DNA of 64,000 nt from an uncultured Solirubrobacteraceae bacterium (lineage in GTDB: Bacteria > Actinomycetota > Thermoleophilia > Solirubrobacterales > Solirubrobacteraceae): assembly GCA_963764185.1 (NCBI GenBank), contig CAVXRF010000007.1, positions 440,635 to 504,634 on the forward strand, read 5' to 3'. The position numbers were made by a program, and so were the translations under genes. The notes beneath the pieces were generated by a model. The model was given only the letters and a program-made list of their open reading frames with translations. It had not been told where the DNA came from and ran no database searches. Positions 63,821-64,000 of the stretch are shown here, in pieces (the first letter of the stretch is position 1; each line of letters begins with the position of its first letter).

Positions 63821-64000
63821 TCATCGTGTCCGGTCGCGCCTCGCCGAGGAGAGGCTCGCAGCATCCACCGGCGCCGTCAGCACGGCCGGCTGATGGGCCA
63901 GCCCACCCGCCACCGGCGCCCGTGAGCGCAGGCGTTCGAACGCCGATGCACCCACGATCACCGCGACCGCGTACAGCCAGCCGACGACCACGTCAAACAC
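63821..64000 (-). CDS. C-terminus of a PAP2-family membrane phosphatase (partial)
   Basis: Manual translation VFDVVVGWLYAVAVIVG...RDRTR*, resembling the end of the PAP2 'HY.xDv..G' motif. Confidence 0.5.
   Translation of the reverse strand: MFDVVVGWLYAVAVIVGASAFERLRSRAPVAGGLAHQPAVLTAPVDAASLSSARRDRTR

Overview
GC-rich actinobacterial chromosome segment. Gene order (rpmG directly before secE), a FolE2/MptA-type GTP cyclohydrolase, Zn-binding L33/S14/L36 and the style of the secreted proteins suggest class Thermoleophilia (Solirubrobacterales-like); this is an inference. Bases 1-23 kb are an accessory/housekeeping mix around tRNA-Thr(GGT) and tRNA-Tyr(GTA): redox/detox genes, TetR/MarR-regulated efflux, an RCC1-repeat secreted protein, an RpoD-like sigma factor, mptA/folE2, pgsA, clpP and a Ca2+/H+ antiporter. 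Bases 23-64 kb hold the core transcription/translation cluster: rpmG-secE-nusG-rplKAJL-rpoBC, a split str operon, S10-spc-alpha operons and truA. Many essential genes carry single-base indels. I read these as long-read/consensus errors, not pseudogenes, so some ends are approximate. Most interesting signals: (1) a candidate attenuator in front of a displaced fusA, with a leaderless uORF, alternative helices and an intrinsic terminator; (2) a systematic set of long disordered, charge-blocked extensions on L10, L22, S3, S17, L5, S5, SecE and RpoB/C; (3) a Pro-rich uORF coupled to a DMT/NIPA-like transporter; (4) structured leaders before rpsJ and rpmJ, the latter where infA normally sits; (5) a mini-island bounded by a 17-bp duplication of the tRNA-Tyr 3' end. 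All RNA structures were paired by eye, and no database searches were run.
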